Assembly: GCA_046563655.1 (NCBI GenBank)
Contig: CM102290.1
Location: 2,294,001 to 2,358,000 of the forward strand
Length of the DNA: 64,000 nucleotides
Source: Yuukianura sp. NJ FZ-2021
Lineage: Eukaryota
Reading direction: 5' to 3'
Shown: piece by piece, positions 15,001 to 30,000 of the stretch
How the letters are laid out: every line of letters begins with the position of its first letter
Numbering within the stretch: position 1 is the stretch's first letter
Program-made: the position numbers and the translations under genes
The notes under the pieces: model-generated
What the model was told of the DNA's origin: nothing
What the model saw: the letters and a program-made list of their open reading frames with translations, nothing else
Databases searched by the model: none

Positions 15001-18000
15001 TTTTAAATAACATAATTCCAAATTCCAAAAAGTTAAAAGTTTAGTAGGAAAATCACTCTTTTTAAATAACATAATTCCAAATTCCAAAAAGTTAAAAGTT
15101 TAGTAGGAAAATCACTCTTTTTAAATAACATAATTCCAAATTCCAAAAAGTTAAAAGTTTAGTAGGAAAATCACTTTTTTTAAATAACATAATTCCAAAT
15201 TCCAAAAAGTTAAAAGTTTAGTAGGAAAATCACTCTTTTTAAATAACATAATTCCAAATTCCAAAAAGTTAAAAGTTTAGTAGGAAAATCACTCTTTTTA
15301 AATAACATAATTCCAAATTCCAAAAAGTTAAAAGTTTAGTAGGAAAATCACTCTTTTTAAATAACATAATTCCAAATTCCAAAAAGTTAAAAGTTTAGTA
15401 GGAAAATCACTCTTTTTAAATAACATAATTCCAAATTCCAAAAAGTTAAAAGTTTAGTAGGAAAATCACTTTTTTTAAATACCATAATTCCAAATTCCAA
15501 AAAGTTAAAAGTTTAGTAGGAAAATCACTCTTTTTAAATAACATAATTCCAAATTCCAAAAAGTTAAAAGTTTAGTAGGAAAATCACTCTTTTTAAATAA
15601 CATAATTCCAAATTCCAAAAAGTTAAAAGTTTAGTAGGAAAATCACTTTTTTTAAATAACATAATTCCAAATTCCAAAAAGTTAAAAGTTTAGTAGGAAA
15701 ATCACTCTTTTTAAATAACATAATTCCAAATTCCAAAAAGTTAAAAGTTTAGTAGGAAAATCACTCTTTTTAAATAACTTTTAAAATAACATAATTCCAA
15801 ATTCCAAAAAGTTAAAAGTTTAGTAGGAAAATCACTCTTTTTAAATAACATAATTCCAAATTCCAAAAAGTTAAAAGTTTAGTAGGAAAATCACTCTTTT
15901 TAAATAACATAATTCCAAATTCCAAAAAGTTAAAAGTTTAGTAGGAAAATCACTTTTTTTAAATAACATAATTCCAAATTCCAAAAAGTTAAAAGTTTAG
16001 TAGGAAAATCACTCTTTTTAAATAACATAATTCCAAATTCCAAAAAGTTAAAAGTTTAGTAGGAAAATCACTCTTTTTAAATAACATAATTCCAAATTCC
16101 AAAAAGTTAAAAGTTTAGTAGGAAAATCACTCTTTTTAAATAACATAATTCCAAATTCCAAAAAGTTAAAAGTTTAGTAGGAAAATCACTCTTTTTAAAT
16201 AACATAATTCCAAATTCCAAAAAGTTAAAAGTTTAGTAGGAAAATCACTTTTTTTAAATAACATAATTCCAAATTCCAAAAAGTTAAAAGTTTAGTAGGA
16301 AAATCACTCTTTTTAAATAACATAATTCCAAATTCCAAAAAGTTAAAAGTTTAGTAGGAAAATCACTTTTTTTAAATAACATAATTCCAAATTCCAAAAA
16401 GTTAAAAGTTTAGTAGGAAAATCACTCTTTTTAAATAACATAATTCCAAATTCCAAAAAGTTAAAAGTTTAGTAGGAAAATCACTCTTTTTAAATAACAT
16501 AATTCCAAATTCCAAAAAGTTAAAAGTTTAGTAGGAAAATCACTCTTTTTAAATAACATAATTCCAAATTCCAAAAAGTTAAAAGTTTAGTAGGAAAATC
16601 ACTCTTTTTAAATAACATAATTCCAAATTCCAAAAAGTTAAAAGTTTAGTAGGAAAATCACTTTTTTTAAATAACATAATTCCAAATTCCAAAAAGTTAA
16701 AAGTTTAGTAGGAAAATCACTTTTTTTAAATAACATAATTCCAAATTCCAAAAAGTTGAAAGTTTAGTAGGAAAATCACTCTTTTTAAATAACATAATTC
16801 CAAATTCCAAAAAGTTAAAAGTTTAGTAGGAAAATCACTCTTTTTAAATAACATAATTCCAAATTCCAAAAAGTTAAAAGTTTAGTAGGAAAATCACTCT
16901 TTTTAAATAACATAATTCCAAATTCCAAAAAGTTAAAAGTTTAGTAGGAAAATCACTCTTTTTAAATAACATAATTCCAAATTCCAAAAAGTTAAAAGTT
17001 TAGTAGGAAAATCACTCTTTTTAAATAACATAATTCCAAATTCCAAAAAGTTAAAAGTTTAGTAGGAAAATCACTCTTTTTAAATAACATAATTCCAAAT
17101 TCCAAAAAGTTAAAAGTTTAGTAGGAAAATCACTCTTTTTAAATAACATAATTCCAAATTCCAAAAAGTTAAAAGTTTAGTAGGAAAATCACTCTTTTTA
17201 AATAACATAATTCCAAATTCCAAAAAGTTAAAAGTTTAGTAGGAAAATCACTTTTTTTAAATAACATAATTCCAAATTCCAAAAAGTTAAAAGTTTAGTA
17301 GGAAAATCACTCTTTTTAAATAACATAATTCCAAATTCCAAAAAGTTAAAAGTTTAGTAGGAAAATCACTCTTTTTAAATAACATAATTCCAAATTCCAA
17401 AAAGTTAAAAGTTTAGTAGGAAAATCACTCTTTTTAAATAACATAATTCCAAATTCCAAAAAGTTAAAAGTTTAGTAGGAAAATCACTTTTTTTAAATAA
17501 CATAATTCCAAATTCCAAAAAGTTAAAAGTTTAGTAGGAAAATCACTCTTTTTAAATAACATAATTCCAAATTCCAAAAAGTTAAAAGTTTAGTAGGAAA
17601 ATCACTCTTTTTAAATAACATAATTCCAAATTCCAAAAAGTTAAAAGTTTAGTAGGAAAATCACTCTTTTTAAATAACATAATTCCAAATTCCAAAAAGT
17701 TAAAAGTTTAGTAGGAAAATCACTCTTTTTAAATAACATAATTCCAAATTCCAAAAAGTTAAAAGTTTAGTAGGAAAATCACTCTTTTTAAATAACATAA
17801 TTCCAAATTCCAAAAAGTTAAAAGTTTAGTAGGAAAATCACTCTTTTTAAATAACATAATTCCAAATTCCAAAAAGTTAAAAGTTTAGTAGGAAAATCAC
17901 TCTTTTTAAATAACATAATTCCAAATTCCAAAAAGTTAAAAGTTTAGTAGGAAAATCACTCTTTTTAAATAACATAATTCCAAATTCCAAAAAGTTAAAA

Positions 18001-21000
18001 GTTTAGTAGGAAAATCACTTTTTTTAAATAACATAATTCCAAATTCCAAAAAGTTAAAAGTTTAGTAGGAAAATCACTTTTTTTAAATAACATAATTCCA
18101 AATTCCAAAAAGTTAAAAGTTTAGTAGGAAAATCACTCTTTTTAAATAACATAATTCCAAATTCCAAAAAGTTAAAAGTTTAGTAGGAAAATCACTCTTT
18201 TTAAATAACATAATTCCAAATTCCAAAAAGTTAAAAGTTTAGTAGGAAAATCACTCTTTTTAAATAACATAATTCCAAATTCCAAAAAGTTAAAAGTTTA
18301 GTAGGAAAATCACTCTTTTTAAATAACATAATTCCAAATTCCAAAAAGTTAAAAGTTTAGTAGGAAAATCACTTTTTTAAATAACATAATTCCAAATTCC
18401 AAAAAGTTAAAAGTTTAGTAGGAAAATCACTTTTTTTAAATAACATAATTCCAAATTCCAAAAAGTTAAAAGTTTAGTAGGAAAATCACTCTTTTTAAAT
18501 AACATAATTCCAAATTCCAAAAAGTTAAAAGTTTAGTAGGAAAATCACTCTTTTTAAATAACATAATTCCAAATTCCAAAAAGTTAAAAGTTTAGTAGGA
18601 AAATCACTTTTTTTAAATAACATAATTCCAAATTCCAAAAAGTTAAAAGTTTAGTAGGAAAATCACTTTTTTTAAATAACATAATTCCAAATTCCAAAAA
18701 GTTAAAAGTTTAGTAGGAAAATCACTCTTTTTAAATAACATAATTCCAAATTCCAAAAAGTTAAAAGTTTAGTAGGAAAATCACTCTTTTTAAATAACAT
18801 AATTCCAAATTCCAAAAAGTTAAAAGTTTAGTAGGAAAATCACTCTTTTTAAATAACATAATTCCAAATTCCAAAAAGTTAAAAGTTTAGTAGGAAAATC
18901 ACTCTTTTTAAATAACATAATTCCAAATTCCAAAAAGTTAAAAGTTTAGTAGGAAAATCACTTTTTTAAATAACATAATTCCAAATTCCAAAAAGTTAAA
19001 AGTTTAGTAGGAAAATCACTCTTTTTAAATAACATAATTCCAAATTCCAAAAAGTTAAAAGTTTAGTAGGAAAATCACTCTTTTTAAATAACATAATTCC
19101 AAATTCCAAAAAGTTAAAAGTTTAGTAGGAAAATCACTCTTTTTAAATAACATAATTCCAAATTCCAAAAAGTTAAAAGTTTAGTAGGAAAATCACTCTT
19201 TTTAAATAACATAATTCCAAATTCCAAAAAGTTAAAAGTTTAGTAGGAAAATCACTCTTTTTAAATAACATAATTCCAAATTCCAAAAAGTTAAAAGTTT
19301 AGTAGGAAAATCACTCTTTTTAAATAACATAATTCCAAATTCCAAAAAGTTAAAAGTTTAGTAGGAAAATCACTTTTTTTAAATAACATAATTCCAAATT
19401 CCAAAAAGTTAAAAGTTTAGTAGGAAAATCACTCTTTTTAAATAACATAATTCCAAATTCCAAAAAGTTAAAAGTTTAGTAGGAAAATCACTCTTTTCTA
19501 AATAACATAATTCCAAATTCCAAAAAGTTAAAAGTTTAGTAGGAAAATCACTTTTTTTAAATAACATAATTCCAAATTCCAAAAAGTTAAAAGTTTAGTA
19601 GGAAAATCACTTTTTTTAAATAACATAATTCCAAATTCCAAAAAGTTAAAAGTTTAGTAGGAAAATCACTCTTTTTAAATAACATAATTCCAAATTCCAA
19701 AAAGTTAAAAGTTTAGTAGGAAAATCACTCTTTTTAAATAACATAATTCCAAATTCCAAAAAGTTAAAAGTTTAGTAGGAAAATCACTCTTTTTAAATAA
19801 CATAATTCCAAATTCCAAAAAGTTAAAAGTTTAGTAGGAAAATCACTCTTTTTAAATAACATAATTCCAAATTCCAAAAAGTTAAAAGTTTAGTAGGAAA
19901 ATCACTCTTTTTAAATAACATAATTCCAAATTCCAAAAAGTTAAAAGTTTAGTAGGAAAATCACTCTTTTTAAATAACATAATTCCAAATTCCAAAAAGT
20001 TAAAAGTTTAGTAGGAAAATCACTCTTTTTAAATAACATAATTCCAAATTCCAAAAAGTTAAAAGTTTAGTAGGAAAATCACTTTTTTAAATAACATAAT
20101 TCCAAATTCCAAAAAGTTAAAAGTTTAGTAGGAAAATCACTCTTTTTAAATAACATAATTCCAAATTCCAAAAAGTTAAAAGTTTAGTAGGAAAATCACT
20201 CTTTTTAAATAACATAATTCCAAATTCCAAAAAGTTAAAAGTTTAGTAGGAAAATCACTCTTTTTAAATAACATAATTCCAAATTCCAAAAAGTTAAAAG
20301 TTTAGTAGGAAAATCACTTTTTTTAAATAACATAATTCCAAATTCCAAAAAGTTAAAAGTTTAGTAGGAAAATCACTCTTTTTAAATAACATAATTCCAA
20401 ATTCCAAAAAGTTAAAAGTTTAGTAGGAAAATCACTCTTTTTAAATAACATAATTCCAAATTCCAAAAAGTTAAAAGTTTAGTAGGAAAATCACTCTTTT
20501 TAAATAACATAATTCCAAATTCCAAAAAGTTAAAAGTTTAGTAGGAAAATCACTTTTTTTAAATAACATAATTCCAAATTCCAAAAAGTTAAAAGTTTAG
20601 TAGGAAAATCACTCTTTTTAAATAACATAATTCCAAATTCCAAAAAGTTAAAAGTTTAGTAGGAAAATCACTCTTTTTAAATAACATAATTCCAAATTCC
20701 AAAAAGTTAAAAGTTTAGTAGGAAAATCACTTTTTTTAAATAACATAATTCCAAATTCCAAAAAGTTAAAAGTTTAGTAGGAAAATCACTCTTTTTAAAT
20801 AACATAATTCCAAATTCCAAAAAGTTAAAAGTTTAGTAGGAAAATCACTCTTTTTAAATAACATAATTCCAAATTCCAAAAAGTTAAAAGTTTAGTAGGA
20901 AAATCACTCTTTTTAAATAACATAATTCCAAATTCCAAAAAGTTAAAAGTTTAGTAGGAAAATCACTCTTTTTAAATAACATAATTCCAAATTCCAAAAA

Positions 21001-24000
21001 GTTAAAAGTTTAGTAGGAAAATCACTCTTTTTAAATAACATAATTCCAAATTCCAAAAAGTTAAAAGTTTAGTAGGAAAATCACTCTTTTTAAATAACAT
21101 AATTCCAAATTCCAAAAAGTTAAAAGTTTAGTAGGAAAATCACTCTTTTTAAATAACATAATTCCAAATTCCAAAAAGTTAAAAGTTTAGTAGGAAAATC
21201 ACTCTTTTTAAATAACATAATTCCAAATTCCAAAAAGTTAAAAGTTTAGTAGGAAAATCACTCTTTTTAAATAACATAATTCCAAATTCCAAAAAGTTAA
21301 AAGTTTAGTAGGAAAATCACTCTTTTTAAATAACATAATTCCAAATTCCAAAAAGTTAAAAGTTTAGTAGGAAAATCACTCTTTTTAAATAACATAATTC
21401 CAAATTCCAAAAAGTTAAAAGTTTAGTAGGAAAATCACTTTTTTTTAAATAACATAATTCCAAATTCCAAAAAGTTAAAAGTTTAGTAGGAAAATCACTC
21501 TTTTTAAATAACATAATTCCAAATTCCAAAAAGTTAAAAGTTTAGTAGGAAAATCACTTTTTTTAAATAACATAATTCCAAATTCCAAAAAGTTAAAAGT
21601 TTAGTAGGAAAATCACTCTTTTTAAATAACATAATTCCAAATTCCAAAAAGTTAAAAGTTTAGTAGGAAAATCACTTTTTTTAAATAACATAATTCCAAA
21701 TTCCAAAAAGTTAAAAGTTTAGTAGGAAAATCACTCTTTTTAAATAACATAATTCCAAATTCCAAAAAGTTAAAAGTTTAGTAGGAAAATCACTTTTTTT
21801 AAATAACATAATTCCAAATTCCAAAAAGTTAAAAGTTTAGTAGGAAAATCACTCTTTTTAAATAACATAATTCCAAATTCCAAAAAGTTAAAAGTTTAGT
21901 AGGAAAATCACTTTTTTTAAATAACATAATTCCAAATTCCAAAAAGTTAAAAGTTTAGTAGGAAAATCACTCTTTTTAAATAACATAATTCCAAATTCCA
22001 AAAAGTTAAAAGTTTAGTAGGAAAATCACTCTTTTTAAATAACATAATTCCAAATTCCAAAAAGTTAAAAGTTTAGTAGGAAAATCACTTTTTTTAAATA
22101 ACATAATTCCAAATTCCAAAAAGTTAAAAGTTTAGTAGGAAAATCACTCTTTTTAAATAACATAATTCCAAATTCCAAAAAGTTAAAAGTTTAGTAGGAA
22201 AATCACTCTTTTTAAATAACATAATTCCAAATTCCAAAAAGTTAAAAGTTTAGTAGGAAAATCACTCTTTTTAAATAACATAATTCCAAATTCCAAAAAG
22301 TTAAAAGTTTAGTAGGAAAATCACTTTTTTAAATAACATAATTCCAAATTCCAAAAAGTTAAAAGTTTAGTAGGAAAATCACTCTTTTTAAATAACATAA
22401 TTCCAAATTCCAAAAAGTTAAAAGTTTAGTAGGAAAATCACTCTTTTTAAATAACATAATTCCAAATTCCAAAAAGTTAAAAGTTTAGTAGGAAAATCAC
22501 TCTTTTTAAATAACATAATTCCAAATTCCAAAAAGTTAAAAGTTTAGTAGGAAAATCACTCTTTTTAAATAACATAATTCCAAATTCCAAAAAGTTAAAA
22601 GTTTAGTAGGAAAATCACTCTTTTTAAATAACATAATTCCAAATTCCAAAAAGTTAAAAGTTTAGTAGGAAAATCACTCTTTTTAAATAACATAATTCCA
22701 AATTCCAAAAAGTTAAAAGTTTAGTAGGAAAATCACTCTTTTTAAATAACATAATTCCAAATTCCAAAAAGTTAAAAGTTTAGTAGGAAAATCACTCTTT
22801 TTAAATAACATAATTCCAAATTCCAAAAAGTTAAAAGTTTAGTAGGAAAATCACTTTTTTTAAATAACATAATTCCAAATTCCAAAAAGTTAAAAGTTTA
22901 GTAGGAAAATCACTCTTTTTAAATAACATAATTCCAAATTCCAAAAAGTTAAAAGTTTAGTAGGAAAATCACTCTTTTTAAATAACATAATTCCAAATTC
23001 CAAAAAGTTAAAAGTTTAGTAGGAAAATCACTCTTTTTAAATAACATAATTCCAAATTCCAAAAAGTTAAAAGTTTAGTAGGAAAATCACTCTTTTTAAA
23101 TAACATAATTCCAAATTCCAAAAAGTTAAAAGTTTAGTAGGAAAATCACTCTTTTTAAATAACATAATTCCAAATTCCAAAAAGTTAAAAGTTTAGTAGG
23201 AAAATCACTCTTTTTAAATAACATAATTCCAAATTCCAAAAAGTTAAAAGTTTAGTAGGAAAATCACTCTTTTTAAATAACATAATTCCAAATTCCAAAA
23301 AGTTAAAAGTTTAGTAGGAAAATCACTCTTTTTAAATAACATAATTCCAAATTCCAAAAAGTTAAAAGTTTAGTAGGAAAATCACTTTTTTTAAATAACA
23401 TAATTCCAAATTCCAAAAAGTTAAAAGTTTAGTAGGAAAATCACTCTTTTTAAATAACATAATTCCAAATTCCAAAAAGTTAAAAGTTTAGTAGGAAAAT
23501 CACTCTTTTTAAATAACATAATTCCAAATTCCAAAAAGTTAAAAGTTTAGTAGGAAAATCACTCTTTTTAAATAACATAATTCCAAATTCCAAAAAGTTA
23601 AAAGTTTAGTAGGAAAATCACTTTTTTTAAATAACATAATTCCAAATTCCAAAAAGTTAAAAGTTTAGTAGGAAAATCACTCTTTTTAAATAACATAATT
23701 CCAAATTCCAAAAAGTTAAAAGTTTAGTAGGAAAATCACTCTTTTTAAATAACATAATTCCAAATTCCAAAAAGTTAAAAGTTTAGTAGGAAAATCACTC
23801 TTTTTAAATAACATAATTCCAAATTCCAAAAAGTTAAAAGTTTAGTAGGAAAATCACTCTTTTTAAATAACATAATTCCAAATTCCAAAAAGTTAAAAGT
23901 TTAGTAGGAAAATCACTCTTTTTAAATAACATAATTCCAAATTCCAAAAAGTTAAAAGTTTAGTAGGAAAATCACTCTTTTTAAATAACATAATTCCAAA

Positions 24001-27000
24001 TTCCAAAAAGTTAAAAGTTTAGTAGGAAAATCACTCTTTTTAAATAACATAATTCCAAATTCCAAAAAGTTAAAAGTTTAGTAGGAAAATCACTCTTTTT
24101 AAATAACATAATTCCAAATTCCAAAAAGTTAAAAGTTTAGTAGGAAAATCACTCTTTTTAAATAACATAATTCCAAATTCCAAAAAGTTAAAAGTTTAGT
24201 AGGAAAATCACTCTTTTTAAATAACATAATTCCAAATTCCAAAAAGTTAAAAGTTTAGTAGGAAAATCACTTTTTTTAAATAACATAATTCCAAATTCCA
24301 AAAAGTTAAAAGTTTAGTAGGAAAATCACTTTTTTTAAATAACATAATTCCAAATTCCAAAAAGTTAAAAGTTTAGTAGGAAAATCACTCTTTTTAAATA
24401 ACATAATTCCAAATTCCAAAAAGTTAAAAGTTTAGTAGGAAAATCACTCTTTTTAAATAACATAATTCCAAATTCCAAAAAGTTAAAAGTTTAGTAGGAA
24501 AATCACTCTTTTTAAATAACATAATTCCAAATTCCAAAAAGTTAAAAGTTTAGTAGGAAAATCACTCTTTTTAAATAACATAATTCCAAATTCCAAAAAG
24601 TTAAAAGTTTAGTAGGAAAATCACTTTTTTTAAATAACATAATTCCAAATTCCAAAAAGTTAAAAGTTTAGTAGGAAAATCACTCTTTTTAAATAACATA
24701 ATTCCAAATTCCAAAAAGTTAAAAGTTTAGTAGGAAAATCACTCTTTTTAAATAACATAATTCCAAATTCCAAAAAGTTAAAAGTTTAGTAGGAAAATCA
24801 CTTTTTTTAAATAACATAATTCCAAATTCCAAAAAGTTAAAAGTTTAGTAGGAAAATCACTTTTTTTAAATAACATAATTCCAAATTCCAAAAAGTTAAA
24901 AGTTTAGTAGGAAAATCACTTTTTTTAAATAACATAATTCCAAATTCCAAAAAGTTAAAAGTTTAGTAGGAAAATCACTCTTTTTAAATAACATAATTCC
25001 AAATTCCAAAAAGTTAAAAGTTTAGTAGGAAAATCACTCTTTTAAATAACATAATTCCAAATTCCAAAAAGTTAAAAGTTTAGTAGGAAAATCACTCTTT
25101 TTAAATAACATAATTCCAAATTCCAAAAAGTTAAAAGTTAGTAGGAAAATCACTCTTTTTAAATAACATAATTCCAAATTCCAAAAAGTTAAAAGTTTAG
25201 TAGGAAAATCACTCTTTTTAAATAACATAATTCCAAATTCCAAAAAGTTAAAAGTTTAGTAGGAAAATCACTTTTTTTAAATAACATAATTCCAAATTCC
25301 AAAAAGTTAAAAGTTTAGTAGGAAAATCACTTTTTTTAAATAACATAATTCCAAATTCCAAAAAGTTAAAAGTTTAGTAGGAAAATCACTCTTTTTAAAT
25401 AACATAATTCCAAATTCCAAAAAGTTAAAAGTTTAGTAGGAAAATCACTCTTTTTAAATAACATAATTCCAAATTCCAAAAAGTTAAAAGTTTAGTAGGA
25501 AAATCACTTTTTTAAATAACATAATTCCAAATTCCAAAAAGTTAAAAGTTTAGTAGGAAAATCACTCTTTTTAAATAACATAATTCCAAATTCCAAAAAG
25601 TTAAAAGTTTAGTAGGAAAATCACTCTTTTTAAATAACATAATTCCAAATTCCAAAAAGTTAAAAGTTTAGTAGGAAAATCACTTTTTTTAAATAACATA
25701 ATTCCAAATTCCAAAAAGTTAAAAGTTTAGTAGGAAAATCACTCTTTTTAAATAACATAATTCCAAATTCCAAAAAGTTAAAAGTTTAGTAGGAAAATCA
25801 CTTTTTTAAATAACATAATTCCAAATTCCAAAAAGTTAAAAGTTTAGTAGGAAAATCACTCTTTTTAAATAACATAATTCCAAATTCCAAAAAGTTAAAA
25901 GTTTAGTAGGAAAATCACTTTTTTTAAATAACATAATTCCAAATTCCAAAAAGTTAAAAGTTTAGTAGGAAAATCACTCTTTTTAAATAACATAATTCCA
26001 AATTCCAAAAAGTTAAAAGTTTAGTAGGAAAATCACTCTTTTAAATAACATAATTCCAAATTCCAAAAAGTTAAAAGTTTAGTAGGAAAATCACTTTTTT
26101 TAAATAACATAATTCCAAATTCCAAAAAGTTAAAAGTTTAGTAGGAAAATCACTTTTTTTAAATAACATAATTCCAAATTCCAAAAAGTTAAAAGTTTAG
26201 TAGGAAAATCACTCTTTTTAAATAACATAATTCCAAATTCCAAAAAGTTAAAAGTTTAGTAGGAAAATCACTCTTTTTAAATAACATAATTCCAAATTCC
26301 AAAAAGTTAAAAGTTTAGTAGGAAAATCACTCTTTTTAAATAACATAATTCCAAATTCCAAAAAGTTAAAAGTTTAGTAGGAAAATCACTTTTTTTAAAT
26401 AACATAATTCCAAATTCCAAAAAGTTAAAAGTTTAGTAGGAAAATCACTCTTTTTAAATAACATAATTCCAAATTCCAAAAAGTTAAAAGTTTAGTAGGA
26501 AAATCACTCTTTTTAAATAACATAATTCCAAATTCCAAAAAGTTAAAAGTTTAGTAGGAAAATCACTTTTTTTAAATAACATAATTCCAAATTCCAAAAA
26601 GTTAAAAGTTTAGTAGGAAAATCACTCTTTTTAAATAACATAATTCCAAATTCCAAAAAGTTAAAAGTTTAGTAGGAAAATCACTCTTTTTTAAATAACA
26701 TAATTCCAAATTCCAAAAAGTTAAAAGTTTAGTAGGAAAATCACTCTTTTTAAATAACATAATTCCAAATTCCAAAAAGTTAAAAGTTTAGTAGGAAAAT
26801 CACTTTTTTTAAATAACATAATTCCAAATTCCAAAAAGTTAAAAGTTTAGTAGGAAAATCACTCTTTTTAAATAACATAATTCCAAATTCCAAAAAGTTA
26901 AAAGTTTAGTAGGAAAATCACTTTTTTTAAATAACATAATTCCAAATTCCAAAAAGTTAAAAGTTTAGTAGGAAAATCACTTTTTTAAATAACATAATTC

Positions 27001-30000
27001 CAAATTCCAAAAAGTTAAAAGTTTAGTAGGAAAATCACTCTTTTTAAATAACATAATTCCAAATTCCAAAAAGTTAAAAGTTTAGTAGGAAAATCACTCT
27101 TTTTAAATAACATAATTCCAAATTCCAAAAAGTTAAAAGTTTAGTAGGAAAATCACTCTTTTTAAATAACATAATTCCAAATTCCAAAAAGTTAAAAGTT
27201 TAGTAGGAAAATCACTTTTTTTAAATAACATAATTCCAAATTCCAAAAAGTTAAAAGTTTAGTAGGAAAATCACTTTTTTTAAATAACATAATTCCAAAT
27301 TCCAAAAAGTTAAAAGTTTAGTAGGAAAATCACTCTTTTTAAATAACATAATTCCAAATTCCAAAAAGTTAAAAGTTTAGTAGGAAAATCACTCTTTTTA
27401 AATAACATAATTCCAAATTCCAAAAAGTTAAAAGTTTAGTAGGAAAATCACTCTTTTTAAATAACATAATTCCAAATTCCAAAAAGTTAAAAGTTTAGTA
27501 GGAAAATCACTCTTTTTAAATAACATAATTCCAAATTCCAAAAAGTTAAAAGTTTAGTAGGAAAATCACTCTTTTTAAATAACATAATTCCAAATTCCAA
27601 AAAGTTAAAAGTTTAGTAGGAAAATCACTCTTTTTAAATAACATAATTCCAAATTCCAAAAAGTTAAAAGTTTAGTAGGAAAATCACTCTTTTTAAATAA
27701 CATAATTCCAAATTCCAAAAAGTTAAAAGTTTAGTAGGAAAATCACTCTTTTTAAATANNNNNNNNNNNNNNNNNNNNNNNNNNNNNNNNNNNNNNNNNN
27801 NNNNNNNNNNNNNNNNNNNNNNNNNNNNNNNNNNNNNNNNNNNNNNNNNNNNNNNNNNAAATCACTTTTTTTAAATACCATAATTCCAAATTCCAAAAAG
27901 TTAAAAGTTTAGTAGGAAAATCACTCTTTTTAAATACCATAATTCCAAATTCCAAAAAGTTAAAAGTTTAGTAGGAAAATCACTCTTTTTAAATACCATA
28001 ATTCCAAATTCCAAAAAGTTAAAAGTTTAGTAGGAAAATCACTCTTTTTAAATAACATAATTCCAAATTCCAAAAAGTTAAAAGTTTAGTAGGAAAATCA
28101 CTCTTTTTAAATAACATAATTCCAAATTCCAAAAAGTTAAAAGTTTAGTAGGAAAATCACTCTTTTTAAATAACATAATTCCAAATTCCAAAAAGTTAAA
28201 AGTTTAGTAGGAAAATCACTCTTTTTAAATAACATAATTCCAAATTCCAAAAAGTTAAAAGTTTAGTAGGAAAATCACTCTTTTTAAATAACATAATTCC
28301 AAATTCCAAAAAGTTAAAAGTTTAGTAGGAAAATCACTTTTTTTAAATACCATAATTCCAAATTCTAAAAAGTTAAAAGTTTAGTAGGAAAATCACTCTT
28401 TTTAAATAACATAATTCCAAATTCCAAAAAGTTAAAAGTTTAGTAGGAAAATCACTCTTTTTAAATAACATAATTCCAAATTCCAAAAAGTTAAAAGTTT
28501 AGTAGGAAAATCACTCTTTTTAAATAACATAATTCCAAATTCTAAAAAGTTAAAAGTTTAGTAGGAAAATCACTTTTTTTAAATACCATAATTCCAAATT
28601 CCAAAAAGTTAAAAGTTTAGTAGGAAAATCACTCTTTTTAAATAACATAATTCCAAATTCTAAAAAGTTAAAAGTTTAGTAGGAAAATCACTCTTTTTAA
28701 ATACCATAATTCCAAATTCCAAAAAGTTAAAAGTTTAGTAGGAAAATCACTATTTTTAAATACCATAATTCCAAATTCCAAAAAGTTAAAAGTTTAGTAG
28801 GAAAATCACTTTTTTTAAATAACATAATTCCAAATTCCAAAAAGTTAAAAGTTTAGTAGGAAAATCACTCTTTTTAAATAACATAATTCCAAATTCCAAA
28901 AAGTTAAAAGTTTAGTAGGAAAATCACTTTTTTTAAATACCATAATTCCAAATTCCAAAAAGTTAAAAGTTTAGTAGGAAAATCACTTTTTTTAAATACC
29001 ATAATTCCAAATTCCAAAAAGTTAAAAGTTTAGTAGGAAAATCACTTTTTTAAATAACATAATTCCAAATTCCAAAAAGTTAAAAGTTTAGTAGGAAAAT
29101 CACTCTTTTTAAATAACATAATTCCAAATTCCAAAAAGTTAAAAGTTTAGTAGGAAAATCACTTTTTTTAAATACCATAATTCCAAATTCCAAAAAGTTA
29201 AAAGTTTAGTAGGAAAATCACTTTTTTTAAATACCATAATTCCAAATTCCAAAAAGTTAAAAGTTTAGTAGGAAAATCACTCTTTTTAAATAACATAATT
29301 CCAAATTCCAAAAAGTTAAAAGTTTAGTAGGAAAATCACTTTTTTTAAATACCATAATTCCAAATTCCAAAAAGTTAAAAGTTTAGTAGGAAAATCACTC
29401 TTTTTAAATACCATAATTCCAAATTCCAAAAAGTTAAAAGTTTAGTAGGAAAATCACTTTTTTTAAATACCATAATTCCAAATTCCAAAAAGTTAAAAGT
29501 TTAGTAGGAAAATCACTCTTTTTAAATAACATAATTCCAAATTCCAAAAAGTTAAAAGTTTAGTAGGAAAATCACTCTTTTTAAATAACATAATTCCAAA
29601 TTCCAAAAAGTTAAAAGTTTAGTAGGAAAATCACTCTTTAAATAACATAATTCCAAATTCCAAAAAGTTAAAAGTTTAGTAGGAAAATCACTCTTTTTAA
29701 ATAACATAATTCCAAATTCCAAAAAGTTAAAAGTTTAGTAGGAAAATCACTTTTTTTAAATACCATAATTCCAAATTCCAAAAAGTTAAAAGTTTAGTAG
29801 GAAAATCACTCTTTTTAAATAACATAATTCCAAATTCCAAAAAGTTAAAAGTTTAGTAGGAAAATCACTCTTTTTAAATAACATAATTCCAAATTCCAAA
29901 AAGTTAAAAGTTTAGTAGGAAAATCACTCTTTTTAAATAACATAATTCCAAATTCCAAAAAGTTAAAAGTTTAGTAGGAAAATCACTCTTTTTAAATAAC

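Noticed and set aside
25034..27955. Short ORFs in the satellite (25034-25243, 27752-27955)
   Set aside because: Artefacts of translating the repeat across indels or the N gap.
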